Shown here: positions 1 through 11,657 of the stretch, piece after piece
Numbering within the stretch: position 1 is the first letter of the stretch
Layout of the letters: each line of letters starts with the position of its first letter
Sequence record: DRR723986_5549
DNA: 55,688 bases
Direction: 5' to 3' (one strand)
Translations under genes and position numbers: made by a program
Notes under the pieces: generated by a model
Database searches by the model: none
Told to the model about the DNA's origin: nothing
Seen by the model: only the letters and a program-made list of their open reading frames with translations

Positions 1-1
1 A

Positions 2-1138
2 ATGAACACCCGTCTGCAGGTTGAACACCCTGTAACCGAGTTGATTACCGGTCAAGACCTTGTGGAATGGCAAATTCTCGCTGCGCAAGGAAATGAGCTG
101 CCACTATCGCAAGATGAGATCGACTTGTTAACCAATGGGCATGCGGTTGAGGTGCGCCTTTATGCCGAAGACCCGTTCAATGGCTTCATGCCATCCATAG
201 GCACAATTGGCATGTTTGACCCGTTTGCTGACGTACCGCCAAACGCCCGTATTGACGCTGGCGTTCGCGCTGGCGACGAAGTGTCCATTCACTATGACCC
301 CATGATTGGTAAGCTGATCGCTTGGGGCGAAACCCGTGAAGATGCAATCCATACGTTAATAGACTTGATCAGCGAAACACCCATAACCGGGCTTTCCACC
401 AACCGAGACTTTTTACTGCGCGCGCTAAAACACCCGCAATTCATTGCTGGTGATGTGCACACGGGTTTTATCCCAGATAACGAGGCCATGCTGTTAGCCC
501 CGCATAATATTAATGATAATGACTATATAATTGCTTCGCTTGCGATATGGGCAAACCGCCAGACAATTACTACGGATGATGACTCGTTTGACCCTTGGTC
601 TCACATGGATAACTTCCGTCTTAATTTGCCGCAAAGCGAGAAACTGAAGTTTATTGGGGCTAACAACGAAGATCTTACCGTGGTGCTGGAGCAAAAAGCG
701 GACACCCTAATAGCCCGTATCGGTGATGCATCTGTCGAGGCAACAAATATTCACCTGTCGGGTATTGTCCTCTCTTTTGAGCTGGACGGCCTGCGCCATC
801 AGATATTTACCGAAGTAACTGATGAAACTGTAAGCCTGATTGACGCAAACCGCAGTTTAACACTAACCAGACAAGCTCGGGATGGCGGCGGCGGTGATGA
901 TGCAGACGGCCCCGGCACAGTGATTGCGCCTATGCCTGGTAAAATTCTCGAACTAAAAGCAAAAGTCGGTGACACCGTTGAACGAGGCGCGCCCCTGTTG
1001 GTAATGGAAGCCATGAAAATGGAACAAACCATTACCGCCCCCAAAGACGGCACTATTTCAAAGCTTGATGTAAAAGCAGGCGACCAAGTGGCAGACGGCA
1101 CTGTTTTGGTTGTCGTTGACGACGCTGAACAACAATGA
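2..1138 (+). CDS. mccA: Biotin-dependent carboxylase alpha subunit (biotin carboxylase C-terminus plus biotinyl domain), probably 3-methylcrotonyl-CoA carboxylase; 5' end lies outside the window
   Basis: MNTRLQVEHPVTE and YDPMIGKLI biotin-carboxylase motifs; C-terminal MEAMKME biotinylation motif; directly upstream of isovaleryl-CoA dehydrogenase, which supports the leucine-pathway assignment. Confidence 0.85.
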   Translation: MNTRLQVEHPVTELITGQDLVEWQILAAQGNELPLSQDEIDLLTNGHAVEVRLYAEDPFNGFMPSIGTIGMFDPFADVPPNARIDAGVRAGDEVSIHYDPMIGKLIAWGETREDAIHTLIDLISETPITGLSTNRDFLLRALKHPQFIAGDVHTGFIPDNEAMLLAPHNINDNDYIIASLAIWANRQTITTDDDSFDPWSHMDNFRLNLPQSEKLKFIGANNEDLTVVLEQKADTLIARIGDASVEATNIHLSGIVLSFELDGLRHQIFTEVTDETVSLIDANRSLTLTRQARDGGGGDDADGPGTVIAPMPGKILELKAKVGDTVERGAPLLVMEAMKMEQTITAPKDGTISKLDVKAGDQVADGTVLVVVDDAEQQ

Positions 1139-1180
1139 ATAACCCGCCAGAAATGCTGGCATCATTAACAAGGACGCCTC

Positions 1181-2347
1181 ATGTTTGAATTTCCACACCT
1201 TCAGTTCAACCACGGTGAAGACATTGACATGCTGCGCGACATGGTTTCGCGGTTTGCCAAAGATGAAATAGCCCCGCGCGCTGGCGAAATTGATGAAACC
1301 AACATGTTCCCCGCTGACTTATGGCAAAAAATGGGTGAACTTGGTCTACTCGGCATGACCGCGCCGGAAGAGTTTGGCGGCTCTAACATGGGTTACCTGG
1401 CCCATGTTATTGCGCTGGAAGAAATAAGCCGGGCGTCGGCCTCTGTCGGTTTAAGCTACGGCGCGCACTCTAACCTGTGCATCAACCAAATCGTGAAAAA
1501 CGCAAGCCCCGAACAGCGTGCCAAGTATTTACCAAAGCTGATATCAGGTGAGCATGTGGGTGCACTGGCTATGTCTGAACCCGGCGCTGGCTCTGACGTG
1601 GTTTCCATGAAGTTAAAAGCCGAGAAGACCAACCGGGGTTATATACTTAACGGCAACAAAATGTGGATAACCAATGGCCCCGATGCCAATGTTTTGCTGG
1701 TTTATGCAAAAACAGACATGGATGCAGGACCGCGCGGCATTACCGCCTTTTTAATTGAAAAAGAAATGGATGGTTTTTCAACCGCACAGAAACTAGACAA
1801 ACTCGGCATGCGCGGTTCCAACACATGTGAACTGGTCTTTGAGGACTGTTTTGTGCCATTTGAAAACCGGGTCGGCGAAGAAGGCGACGGTGTGCGGGTT
1901 CTCATGTCTGGTCTAGACTATGAGCGGGTCGTTTTGTCCGGCGGGCCACTTGGCATTATGCGGGCGTGCCTTGATACAGTTGTACCATATGTTCATGAAC
2001 GGCAGCAGTTTGGTCAGCCCATTGGCACGTTCCAGCTAATGCAGGGAAAAATTGCCGACATGTACGCAACATGGGGTTCTGCGCGGGCTTACGTTTATGC
2101 GGTGGCCGCCGCTTGTGATCGCGGCGAAACAACCCGCAAAGACGCGGCAGCCTGTATTTTATATGCAGCCGAAAAAGCCACGTGGATGGCAGGAGAGACC
2201 ATTCAGGCATTGGGCGGCAATGGATATATCAACGAATATTCTGCCGGGCGCCTGTGGCGCGACGCAAAACTATATGAAATTGGTGCCGGTACATCGGAAA
2301 TTCGCCGCATGTTAATTGGGCGAGAGCTTTTTAATGAGACTCGGTAA
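1181..2347 (+). CDS. ivd: Isovaleryl-CoA dehydrogenase
   Basis: [52 protein letters not shown] are IVD-typical; AAGGA RBS upstream. Confidence 0.95.
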   Translation: MFEFPHLQFNHGEDIDMLRDMVSRFAKDEIAPRAGEIDETNMFPADLWQKMGELGLLGMTAPEEFGGSNMGYLAHVIALEEISRASASVGLSYGAHSNLCINQIVKNASPEQRAKYLPKLISGEHVGALAMSEPGAGSDVVSMKLKAEKTNRGYILNGNKMWITNGPDANVLLVYAKTDMDAGPRGITAFLIEKEMDGFSTAQKLDKLGMRGSNTCELVFEDCFVPFENRVGEEGDGVRVLMSGLDYERVVLSGGPLGIMRACLDTVVPYVHERQQFGQPIGTFQLMQGKIADMYATWGSARAYVYAVAAACDRGETTRKDAAACILYAAEKATWMAGETIQALGGNGYINEYSAGRLWRDAKLYEIGAGTSEIRRMLIGRELFNETR

Positions 2348-2367
2348 CCTGACCCCCAAATGAAACG

Positions 2368-2396
2368 AAAAAAGCGGGTTTTATCCCGCTTTTTTT
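2368..2396 (+). terminator. Intrinsic terminator after ivd (may be bidirectional)
   Basis: AAAAAAGCGGG-ttttat-CCCGCTTTTTTT hairpin about 20 nt after the stop codon. Confidence 0.9.
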
Positions 2397-2469
2397 ATGG
2401 GCAAATGACATACCCATCACATTTTGCGAAAGCATCTTTCAAAAAAAAGCTGATATGGAACTTTTAGAG

Positions 2470-2494
2470 CTTACAAAAAGGTTATTTTTGTAAG
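2470..2494. promoter_or_regulatory. Inverted repeat upstream of the Leu/Phe/Val dehydrogenase, candidate operator
   Basis: CTTACAAAAA-ggtta-TTTTTGTAAG, perfect 10-bp arms about 95 nt before the ATG. Confidence 0.4.
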
Positions 2495-2589
2495 TTCATT
2501 TCAAATCTTTAGTGCCATACTGCCGCGATCATTAGGGCGCATACAGCGTTGAACAGGCCTCTATCAGGCTGACTAAAAGGAAACGGCCC

Positions 2590-3711
2590 ATGCCGGTATT
2601 TGACTCGCGTAGCTTCAAAGATCATGAACAAGTTGTATTTTGTGCAGACAAAGAAACCGGCCTAAAGGCAATTATCGCCGTTCATTCTACCGCGCTTGGC
2701 CCTTCCGGCGGCGGTATCCGTTTTTGGGACTATGCAGCCGCACACAGGCTTGTTGCACCTGGCGACATTGCAGACATTCGCGGCGAAGAAGATGCTGTAT
2801 ATGATGTTCTTCGCCTCTCACGTGGCATGTCCTACAAAAACGCCATGGCAGGCCTTCGGCTTGGCGGCGGAAAATCTGTCATCATCGGTAACCCGCGCCA
2901 ATTAGGTACGCCCGAACTTATGATGGCCTTTGGTCGTTACATTGAACGCTTAGGCGGCTCTTACTATGCGGCCGAAGATGTAGGCACCAGCCCAGACATG
3001 CTGGCTTCTGTCGCCAAAAGCACCAAGTATGTTTCTGGCCTCGACAGCGGCGAATTCGCTACTGGCGATCCCTCACCGCACACAGCGCTGGGTGTCTTTG
3101 TCAGCATTCAAGCGGCAGTAAAACACCGGCTAGGCAAAACAGATCTCAAGGGCGTTCGGGTTGCGGTTCAAGGAGTTGGTCATGTGGGCCTTTATTTAGT
3201 TGAACACCTTGTTAATGCTGGCGCCCTAGTCACTATCACCGATATCGTTGATAGCAACATTGAGGCTGCAAAGTCCAAAGGTGATGTGACAGTTGTTGAA
3301 CCATCAGAAATTCACGCTGTGGACTGCGATGTATTTGCGCCCTGCGCGTTAGGTGGCGGGCTTAACCCAAAAACCATTCCTGATATCAAAGCAACCGTTA
3401 TTGCCGGTGCTGCAAACAACCAGCTAGAGCATGAAGGCGTGCAAGACGAAGACCTTCGTCAGCGCGGTATACTTTATGCACCTGATTATGTCGTGAATGC
3501 GGGTGGCATCATTTCAGTTGAATCAGAGGTGCACCGCGAAAAGGTAAGCGATGCTGAACGCGAAGCCAAAGTGCTGCGCATCGGCGAAACATTGGCCACG
3601 GTATTTGCCGCCAGCGACAAACAAGGCAGGCCCACAGGTGAAGTGGCCAATAAAATGGCAGAAGATATCATTCGCAAGGCAAGTGAACGCAAAAGCATGG
3701 CTGCTGAGTAA
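2590..3711 (+). CDS. ldh: Glu/Leu/Phe/Val dehydrogenase (leucine dehydrogenase-like)
   Basis: HEQVVFC..TGLKAIIAVH, LSRGMSYKNA..LGGGK, AEDVGT, GDPSP.TA.GV, QGVGHVG, GAANNQL, PDYVVNAGG. Confidence 0.9.
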   Translation: MPVFDSRSFKDHEQVVFCADKETGLKAIIAVHSTALGPSGGGIRFWDYAAAHRLVAPGDIADIRGEEDAVYDVLRLSRGMSYKNAMAGLRLGGGKSVIIGNPRQLGTPELMMAFGRYIERLGGSYYAAEDVGTSPDMLASVAKSTKYVSGLDSGEFATGDPSPHTALGVFVSIQAAVKHRLGKTDLKGVRVAVQGVGHVGLYLVEHLVNAGALVTITDIVDSNIEAAKSKGDVTVVEPSEIHAVDCDVFAPCALGGGLNPKTIPDIKATVIAGAANNQLEHEGVQDEDLRQRGILYAPDYVVNAGGIISVESEVHREKVSDAEREAKVLRIGETLATVFAASDKQGRPTGEVANKMAEDIIRKASERKSMAAE

Positions 3712-3749
3712 AATAAGACCGGGCGACAATATTCAATATACGCGCAGCC

Positions 3750-5450
3750 CTACTGGTTAGGGTCGGTGGCCAATGCCCGGTAATTGTCTGATCGCAAAAC
3801 CTTTACAACTGTGCGAATATCGTCCTCATCTGCGTCAAGCGCGCGGGCCACTTCTGCCCCTAAACTAATGCTAGCCTCTAAGGTTTCAGGCACAGTGTGA
3901 GTTGCACCCAGCACACGGAGTTTCCCGGCGACGCTATTGTCATGTACACGTACATATGTAGGCAAATGTGGGCATTCGGCCTTGGCACTACGTATCATGC
4001 GCTCTGCCGCCTTTTGATCATCAATCGTAATCACAAGCAACGCAGCGTCTTCTGCATCAACCGCCCGCAATATCTGTGTGCGCGCGGCATCCCCGTATAC
4101 GGCATCAAAACCACAGGCCCGCGCTTTTTTAATGTGCTCTGGGTCAAGGTCAATAACGGTAAACGGTATTTCCAAGTCCGATAAAATGCGGGCAACCGCT
4201 TCACCCACGCGGCCATATCCTGCGATAATAACTTGTTTTTTGTCCGCATCCGATTTTTCGACAGGTTCTTGCTTAGCCACAGCTTCGCGCGTCATCCGCC
4301 GAGACAACCACATGCCGGCGGCATAGAGCAGCGGCGTTATCGCCATCGACAATGCAATCACCGCTGTCAGCAATTCAGCAAGCGGCCCATTAAGAACGCC
4401 TTCACTGCGGGCATAGGCAAACAACACGAAGCCAAACTCACCAGACTGCGCAAGCAAAGCACCCACTTTAATAGCCTCTGGCAAAGTATGCTTCATGAGA
4501 CGGACTAAGCCCGTAATAACCATGGCTTTCAGAACAACCAAAACCACAAGAGCCAGCAAAATCGTATACGTTTGCGCTGACAAGGTACCCAAATTAATGC
4601 TCATACCCACCGACATGAAAAACAAGCCAAGCAACAGGCCCCTAAATGGCTGGATATCAACTTCTACCTGGTGGCGAAATTCGGATTCTGCCATTAATAG
4701 ACCTGCAATAAAGGCGCCCATGGCCATTGAAAGGCCAATGCTGTCCATCAACCAGCCAAAACCCAGAACCAGCAATAAGGCGAACCCGGTAAAAACTTCA
4801 GGAGTGTCATTCGATGCCACCAGCCTGAACATAGGGTTGATCGCTAGCCTCCCAACCAACACCGTGCCGGCAAAAATGACAATGGTTTCAAGGAACGCAT
4901 AACCAAAAGATGCCCCAACAGTGGCTTGCTCCGCCGCTAAAAGCGGCACAAGCGCCAAAAGCGGCACAACAGCAATGTCTTGTAACAATAATATTGATAA
5001 GCCCAGCCGCCCCCATTGTACCGAAAGCTGTTTTTTAGTTGCCAGCAATTGAATACCAAAAGCCGTGCTAGACAGGGCCATGCCCAAACCCACAATCGAA
5101 GCTTGGCCTAACTCAAGCCCGAAAACCGACTTGGAAAGCAATGCGAGCACAAGACCAGTAACCAATACTTGGGCGCTACCAAGACCAAAAACCTGTCGTC
5201 GCATTACCCACAGGCGGGCGGGCTTCAGTTCAATACCAATTAAAAATAAAAGAAAAACAACGCCAAACTCGCCCAAATGCGCGATTTGTGCAGGGTTGGT
5301 GATTAAGCCCAAACCCCAAGGCCCAATCAAGACGCCGCCGACTAGATACCCAAGTATAGCGCCCATGCCGAGGCGCCTAAATATGGTGGCAGCGACAACC
5401 GCCACAGCCATTAAGGCTAGAATTTCAAGAAGCATCGTGTCGTGCGACAT
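3750..5450 (-). CDS. CPA2 monovalent cation:proton antiporter, KefB/KefC-like, with C-terminal TrkA-N/KTN domain
   Basis: Many TM segments, EFGVVFLLF.IG.E, LSSTA, LLQD, DIQPFRGLLLGLFF, GEFGFV and GYGRVG KTN motif; start placed at MSHDTM (5450), ORF track extends to 5489. Confidence 0.9.
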   Translation of the reverse strand: MSHDTMLLEILALMAVAVVAATIFRRLGMGAILGYLVGGVLIGPWGLGLITNPAQIAHLGEFGVVFLLFLIGIELKPARLWVMRRQVFGLGSAQVLVTGLVLALLSKSVFGLELGQASIVGLGMALSSTAFGIQLLATKKQLSVQWGRLGLSILLLQDIAVVPLLALVPLLAAEQATVGASFGYAFLETIVIFAGTVLVGRLAINPMFRLVASNDTPEVFTGFALLLVLGFGWLMDSIGLSMAMGAFIAGLLMAESEFRHQVEVDIQPFRGLLLGLFFMSVGMSINLGTLSAQTYTILLALVVLVVLKAMVITGLVRLMKHTLPEAIKVGALLAQSGEFGFVLFAYARSEGVLNGPLAELLTAVIALSMAITPLLYAAGMWLSRRMTREAVAKQEPVEKSDADKKQVIIAGYGRVGEAVARILSDLEIPFTVIDLDPEHIKKARACGFDAVYGDAARTQILRAVDAEDAALLVITIDDQKAAERMIRSAKAECPHLPTYVRVHDNSVAGKLRVLGATHTVPETLEASISLGAEVARALDADEDDIRTVVKVLRSDNYRALATDPNQ

Positions 5451-5595
5451 GGGTAAAACAACCTTTTCGGCTGAAAATAACAGCAACAATTTACTTAAAG
5501 CGCAATGATAAGCTCAGCAATACACGGCGTAAAGCCATGCAGCGCTATACTACATAGGCATAACATAATTGCCGAAACGACCCTAAAAGCACTTT

Positions 5596-6987
5596 TTATA
5601 TATGTAGCGCGTGCCCCAGAGCTTTAAGCGCGGCTTCCTGGAAACCCTCACTTTGAGTTGGGTGCGCGTGGATAGTGCCCGCAACATCCTGCAAGCAAGC
5701 GCCCATTTCCAGTGCCAAAGAGAATGCCGCCGACAGTTCAGCAACGCCTTTGCCTACAGCCTGAATGCCCAGAACCAGATCATTGTCGTCGCGCGCAACA
5801 ATACGCACAAAGCCTGATTCCGCTTCCATCGTCATGGCGCGGCCATTGGCGGCAAAGGGAAAAATACCAATTTTAGTTTTATAACCCGCTGCTTTGGCCT
5901 CGTCTGGCGACAGGCCAGCCGTTACAATTTCAGGATCAGTAAAGCAAACCGCCGGGATAGACACCTTATCAAAACGACGATTTTGACCTGCAATAATTTC
6001 AGCAACCATTTCACCCTGCGCCATGGCACGGTGTGCCAGCATAGGCTCACCAGTGACATCACCAATGGCGAAAACATCGGTCATTGACGTGCGGCATTGA
6101 TCATCAATGGCAACCACACGGCCATTCATGGTCAGGTCGAGCCCCTCTAAGCCCCAGCCTTCAGTTTTTGCTTTGCGTCCAACAGTCACGAGTATCTTGT
6201 TTGCAGAAAGCTTCTTGTCGCCGTCTGCCGTTTCTACAATCAGAGACGTACCTGTTTTATTGGCAGATTTGGCTTTGGTGCTAAGGAGAACTTCGATACC
6301 CAGCTTTTTCAAGCTTTCCGCTACAGGTTTTGAAAGTGCAGCATCATATTGCGGCAATATACGCTCGGCCGCCTCAACAACTGTCACTTTACTACCCATT
6401 TTGGCATAGGCTGTGCCTAGCTCAAGGCCGATGTAACCACCGCCAATAACAACCAGCTTTTCCGGCACACTGTCAAGCGCCAACGCCTCGGTTGAGGAAA
6501 TGATATTGCCGCCATAAGGCAAGGATGGAATTTCAATAGGCTCAGAGCCCGTCGCTAAAATGACATGCTTGGCCTTGATCACAACGGTGCCGTCTGCGGT
6601 TTTAACTTCACAGGTTTTTCCGTTGGTCATGTGTCCCCAACCGATGACGGAGCGCACTTTATTTTTCTTCAATAATCCGCTGATACCGCCCGTTAGGCGA
6701 CCAACGATGGCATCTTTCCACGCAATGGTTTTAGAAAGATCCAGCTTTGGTGCATTTGCAGAAATACCCAAAACATTGTCGCCAGCAAAATGCATGGCTT
6801 TTTCAAATTCATCTGCAGCGTGAATAAGCGCTTTAGACGGGATACAGCCAACATTGAGGCATGTACCGCCGTGCGCTTCGCCTTCGACGATGATTGTATC
6901 CAAGCCCAGTTGCCCTGCACGAATTGCCGCAACATACCCACCAGGGCCAGCGCCCAACACCAAAACATTACACGATAGCGTTTCCAT
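5596..6987 (-). CDS. lpdA: Dihydrolipoamide dehydrogenase (E3 of branched-chain 2-oxoacid dehydrogenase)
   Basis: [20 protein letters not shown] redox disulfide, HAHPTQSE; last gene of the bkd operon. Confidence 0.97.
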   Translation of the reverse strand: METLSCNVLVLGAGPGGYVAAIRAGQLGLDTIIVEGEAHGGTCLNVGCIPSKALIHAADEFEKAMHFAGDNVLGISANAPKLDLSKTIAWKDAIVGRLTGGISGLLKKNKVRSVIGWGHMTNGKTCEVKTADGTVVIKAKHVILATGSEPIEIPSLPYGGNIISSTEALALDSVPEKLVVIGGGYIGLELGTAYAKMGSKVTVVEAAERILPQYDAALSKPVAESLKKLGIEVLLSTKAKSANKTGTSLIVETADGDKKLSANKILVTVGRKAKTEGWGLEGLDLTMNGRVVAIDDQCRTSMTDVFAIGDVTGEPMLAHRAMAQGEMVAEIIAGQNRRFDKVSIPAVCFTDPEIVTAGLSPDEAKAAGYKTKIGIFPFAANGRAMTMEAESGFVRIVARDDNDLVLGIQAVGKGVAELSAAFSLALEMGACLQDVAGTIHAHPTQSEGFQEAALKALGHALHI

Positions 6988-8301
6988 TTAACCCTCCATA
7001 AAGAGCGTTGCAGGGTTTTCGAGTAAACCCTTGATGCGCTGGATAAATTCAGCGGCGTCATAGCCATCAACAATGCGGTGATCAAACCCGGAAGACAGGT
7101 TCATCATTTTGCGCGGTACAAAGCCACCATCAATATATTCGGGGCGAACACGTATTTTATTCACGCCTACAATAGCCACTTCGGGGCTGTTGATGACAGG
7201 CGTTGAAACAACGCCGCCTAACTTACCAAGGCTTGTCAGAGTTATGGTTGAACCGGTTAATTCTTCGCGGGAAATAGACCCATCGCGTGCGGCATCAGCC
7301 AAACGCTTACTCTCTGCAGCCAAGCCCCAAACATCATGGGTTTCAGCGTGGCGCAAAACCGGCACCATTAGGCCGCCGGGTGTTTGAGCCGCCATGCCAA
7401 TATGTGCAGCGCCGTATTGGTACAAAAGGTCTTCGCCGTCCGCATAGTGAGAACTGAGCTTTGGGTAATCCTTAATTGCAATTACCATCGCTTTCATGAT
7501 GAAGGGCAAGATGGTTAGCTTTGGCTGGTCATCGCGTTTGGTGCTATTAAGGTGCGCGCGCAATTTCTCAAGTTCAGTAACGTCAACTTCTTCCACATAA
7601 GTAATGTGAGGAATGCGTTGCTTGGCATCTTGCATACGCTGAGCGATTTTGCGGCGCAGACCGATAACCTTGATTTCTTCAATCGACGTGTTGGGAGCAT
7701 TACCTGCCCGCCCAACCGGGGCCGTCGCGCCGGATATATAGGCGTCTAGATCTTCGTGACTTATGCGGCCTGCAGGGCCTGTGCCGTGAACATAGGCAAG
7801 TTTAATACCAGCATCCATGGCGCGCTTACGAACAGCGGGGGAAGCAAGCGGCGCTTCGCCTTCCGCGCGGGGCGCACCAGATATGACCTTTGCGCCTGCT
7901 ATAACGGTGGATGGCTTTGCAACCACTGCCGCAACCGCCGGCTCTGGTTTTGGCGCGGGTTTAGCCTCTGCTTTCGGTTCTGCTTTTGGCTCGGCTTTTT
8001 CTTCAAGCTTATGTGCTGAAGCCGCCGCCTCTGCTGAAATTGATGCCTCGTTGCCCTCGCCGTCTACTTCCAGTGTGATGATAACAGTGCCAACCGCCGT
8101 CATTGCACCGATCTCACCGCTGATTGACATCACTGTACCGTCTTCAGGTGATGGAATTTCAACTGTAGCTTTGTCTGTCATAACAGCGGCGAGCACATCA
8201 TCTTCTTTGACAACATCCCCTACCTTGACATTCCACTCAACAATCTCGGCTTCGGTGATACCTTCGCCGACATCAGGCATTTGAATCTTATGCTGTCCCA
8301 T
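6988..8301 (-). CDS. bkdB: Branched-chain 2-oxoacid dehydrogenase E2 (dihydrolipoamide acyltransferase)
   Basis: Lipoyl domain MTDKATVEIPSP, Ala/Pro linker, ASPAVR..GTGPAGRI E3-binding domain, DHRIVDG catalytic motif. Confidence 0.95.
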   Translation of the reverse strand: MGQHKIQMPDVGEGITEAEIVEWNVKVGDVVKEDDVLAAVMTDKATVEIPSPEDGTVMSISGEIGAMTAVGTVIITLEVDGEGNEASISAEAAASAHKLEEKAEPKAEPKAEAKPAPKPEPAVAAVVAKPSTVIAGAKVISGAPRAEGEAPLASPAVRKRAMDAGIKLAYVHGTGPAGRISHEDLDAYISGATAPVGRAGNAPNTSIEEIKVIGLRRKIAQRMQDAKQRIPHITYVEEVDVTELEKLRAHLNSTKRDDQPKLTILPFIMKAMVIAIKDYPKLSSHYADGEDLLYQYGAAHIGMAAQTPGGLMVPVLRHAETHDVWGLAAESKRLADAARDGSISREELTGSTITLTSLGKLGGVVSTPVINSPEVAIVGVNKIRVRPEYIDGGFVPRKMMNLSSGFDHRIVDGYDAAEFIQRIKGLLENPATLFMEG

Positions 8302-9317
8302 TAGATTGCCTCCATCATGGCTTTAAGCTCGCGTCCAACACGTGCAGGCCCAGGGAAATAATCCCATTCCTGCGCATGTGGATAGGGTGTGTCATATCCG
8401 GCGACACGCACAACTGGTGCCTCTAGGTGATAGAAGCATCGCTCTTGAACTTGGGCCGATAATTCAGCACCAAAGCCCGAGGTTTGTGTTGCTTCATGCA
8501 GCACCATGCAACGCCCCGTTTTAGTGACAGATTTTACAATCGCGTCAACGTCAAGCGGCAACAAAGAGCGCAGATCAATAATTTCGGCATCAATACCAGT
8601 TTCTTGCGCCGCAGCTTCTGCCACATACACCATAGTGCCATAGGTCAGAATAGTAACGTCTGTGCCTTCGCGGAAAACAGACGCCTTACCAATTTCGACT
8701 GTGTAATGACCCTCAGGCACATCACCAAGCGGATGTTTGGACCAGTTACTTGCCGGACGGTCATGGTGGCCATCAAAGGGGCCATTGTATAAACGTTTAG
8801 GCTCAAAAACGATCACTGGGTCTGGGTCTTCGATTGCTGCAATCAACAACCCTTTTGCATCATATGGGTTAGACGGAATAACAGACTTAATGCCGGCAAT
8901 ATGCGTGAACAGCGATTCCGGGCTTTGGCTGTGCGTTTGGCCGCCAAAAATACCACCGCCAACCGGCGTGCGAATGGCAATCGGCGCTGTAAACTGTTCA
9001 CCGGAGCGATAACGCATACGCGCCGCTTCTGACACAATTTGATCATAGGCTGGATAAATATAATCAGCGAATTGAATTTCTACACATGGGCGTAGGCCGT
9101 ATGCCGCCATACCAACCGCAGCACCAACAATACCGCTTTCGTTAATGGGGCTATCGAAAACGCGGCTGGTACCATATTTCTTCTGCAAGCCATGCGTGCA
9201 GCGGAAAACACCGCCAAAGTAACCAGCATCTTCACCGAAAACGACAACGTTATCATCTTCGGCCATTTTCACATCCATTGCATCGCGAATGGCTTCAATC
9301 ATCGACATTTGCGGCAT
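8301..9317 (-). CDS. bkdA2: Branched-chain 2-oxoacid dehydrogenase E1 beta
   Basis: GED.GYFGGVFR, EIQFADY, GGQTHSQSPE, FEPKRLY; TAATG overlap with E2. Confidence 0.95.
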   Translation of the reverse strand: MPQMSMIEAIRDAMDVKMAEDDNVVVFGEDAGYFGGVFRCTHGLQKKYGTSRVFDSPINESGIVGAAVGMAAYGLRPCVEIQFADYIYPAYDQIVSEAARMRYRSGEQFTAPIAIRTPVGGGIFGGQTHSQSPESLFTHIAGIKSVIPSNPYDAKGLLIAAIEDPDPVIVFEPKRLYNGPFDGHHDRPASNWSKHPLGDVPEGHYTVEIGKASVFREGTDVTILTYGTMVYVAEAAAQETGIDAEIIDLRSLLPLDVDAIVKSVTKTGRCMVLHEATQTSGFGAELSAQVQERCFYHLEAPVVRVAGYDTPYPHAQEWDYFPGPARVGRELKAMMEAI

Positions 9318-9319
9318 GG

Positions 9320-10573
<1,254 letters not shown>

Positions 10574-10578
10574 CTAAA

Positions 10579-10605
10579 AAATACGTCAGTAATAATGACG
10601 TATTT
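10579..10605. promoter_or_regulatory. Perfect inverted repeat just upstream of bkdA1 (operator or terminator/attenuator)
   Basis: AAATACGTCA-gtaataa-TGACGTATTT; followed by a T run on the minus strand. Confidence 0.5.
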
Positions 10606-10749
10606 ACCGGCGCGAAAGCAATCGATTCTTGGTGGGATTGGAAAATTGAAATTTAAGAAACAAAAAATTCAATAAATCTTTCCTAAAAACATACAATACT
10701 TACAAAATGTGCCCGAAAATTATTCAGCAAAATTGTGCTTTGGGCCATT

Positions 10750-11628
10750 TCACACTGGCCGCGCGTGATGGACTCCTGCTCGGGCATATTCCTGTGTGCC
10801 ATGGTGGAAAACTTTGTCAGAAGGCAGCACGGCGTCCACCCGATAAATTGACAGGTCATTTTCTAACCGATCATATATTGGTCCAAAGTCCTCATAGGTT
10901 TTTTCCAAAAGGTCTTCAAAGCTTTCAATAACCATGTAAGTCTTCTGATAATCATCAATGTGATACTCAGTTTTCATGGTGCGTTCCACATCAAAGCCAA
11001 TACGGTTCGGACTGGTATCATGAATTGAGAAATGGCTCTCAGACTTTGAGCTTAATACGCCTGCTCCGTATATACGCAAACCATCTTTTGTATTAATCAA
11101 ACCAAACTCAACGGTATACCAATATAACCGCGCCAGATTAGCCAGCACACCACGGCCAGTAGCACGCCTGCCGCCTTTGCCATATGCTTCCATATACTCA
11201 GCGAACACAGGGTTAGCCAGTAAAGGTACATGGCCGTATACGTCGTGAAACACATCTGGTTCTTGCAAATAATCAAGCTGTCCTGCGCTTCGAATGAAAT
11301 TACCCGCAGGAAAGCGTTTGTTCGCTAAATGGTCAAAAAACACATCATCCGGCACCAAGTCTGGCACCGCTACAACTTGCCAACCAGTTTTCTTTGCCAA
11401 AATGTCAGATAAGCGGTCAAAATGCGGAATGCCGCCGCCCGCAAGCCCAAGAACATCCAGCCCATCTAGAAACTCCGTGCAGGCCAAAGTCTGCAAAAAC
11501 TGGCCCTGCCGCGCAAACAATTGGTCCCAACGCGCATGCTCCTCGGGCGTAAACAATTCCCATTCCTGGTCAATGGTATAGTCGTCGTTCACCTCGACCG
11601 TGCGACCCAACCGCGTAACAATTTCCAT
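10750..11628 (-). CDS. phhA: Phenylalanine 4-monooxygenase
   Basis: DYLQEPDVFHDVYGHVPLL, ARLYWYTVEFGL and YGAGVLSS aromatic amino acid hydroxylase motifs. Confidence 0.97.
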   Translation of the reverse strand: MEIVTRLGRTVEVNDDYTIDQEWELFTPEEHARWDQLFARQGQFLQTLACTEFLDGLDVLGLAGGGIPHFDRLSDILAKKTGWQVVAVPDLVPDDVFFDHLANKRFPAGNFIRSAGQLDYLQEPDVFHDVYGHVPLLANPVFAEYMEAYGKGGRRATGRGVLANLARLYWYTVEFGLINTKDGLRIYGAGVLSSKSESHFSIHDTSPNRIGFDVERTMKTEYHIDDYQKTYMVIESFEDLLEKTYEDFGPIYDRLENDLSIYRVDAVLPSDKVFHHGTQEYARAGVHHARPV

Positions 11629-11657
11629 GAAGCGCCTCAGACTTGTGCGCGCTTCAG

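Noticed and set aside
7940-8003. Repeated KAEPKAEPKAEAKPAPKPEP coding sequence
   Set aside because: Normal Ala/Pro-rich flexible linker of an E2 subunit, not a repeat element
10683-10748. 21-aa minus-strand ORF (MAQSTILLNNFRAHFVSIVCF) between phhA and bkdA1 as a leader peptide
   Set aside because: Ile/Leu/Val/Phe codons are expected in AT-rich DNA; no tandem control-codon run or antiterminator pairing is evident
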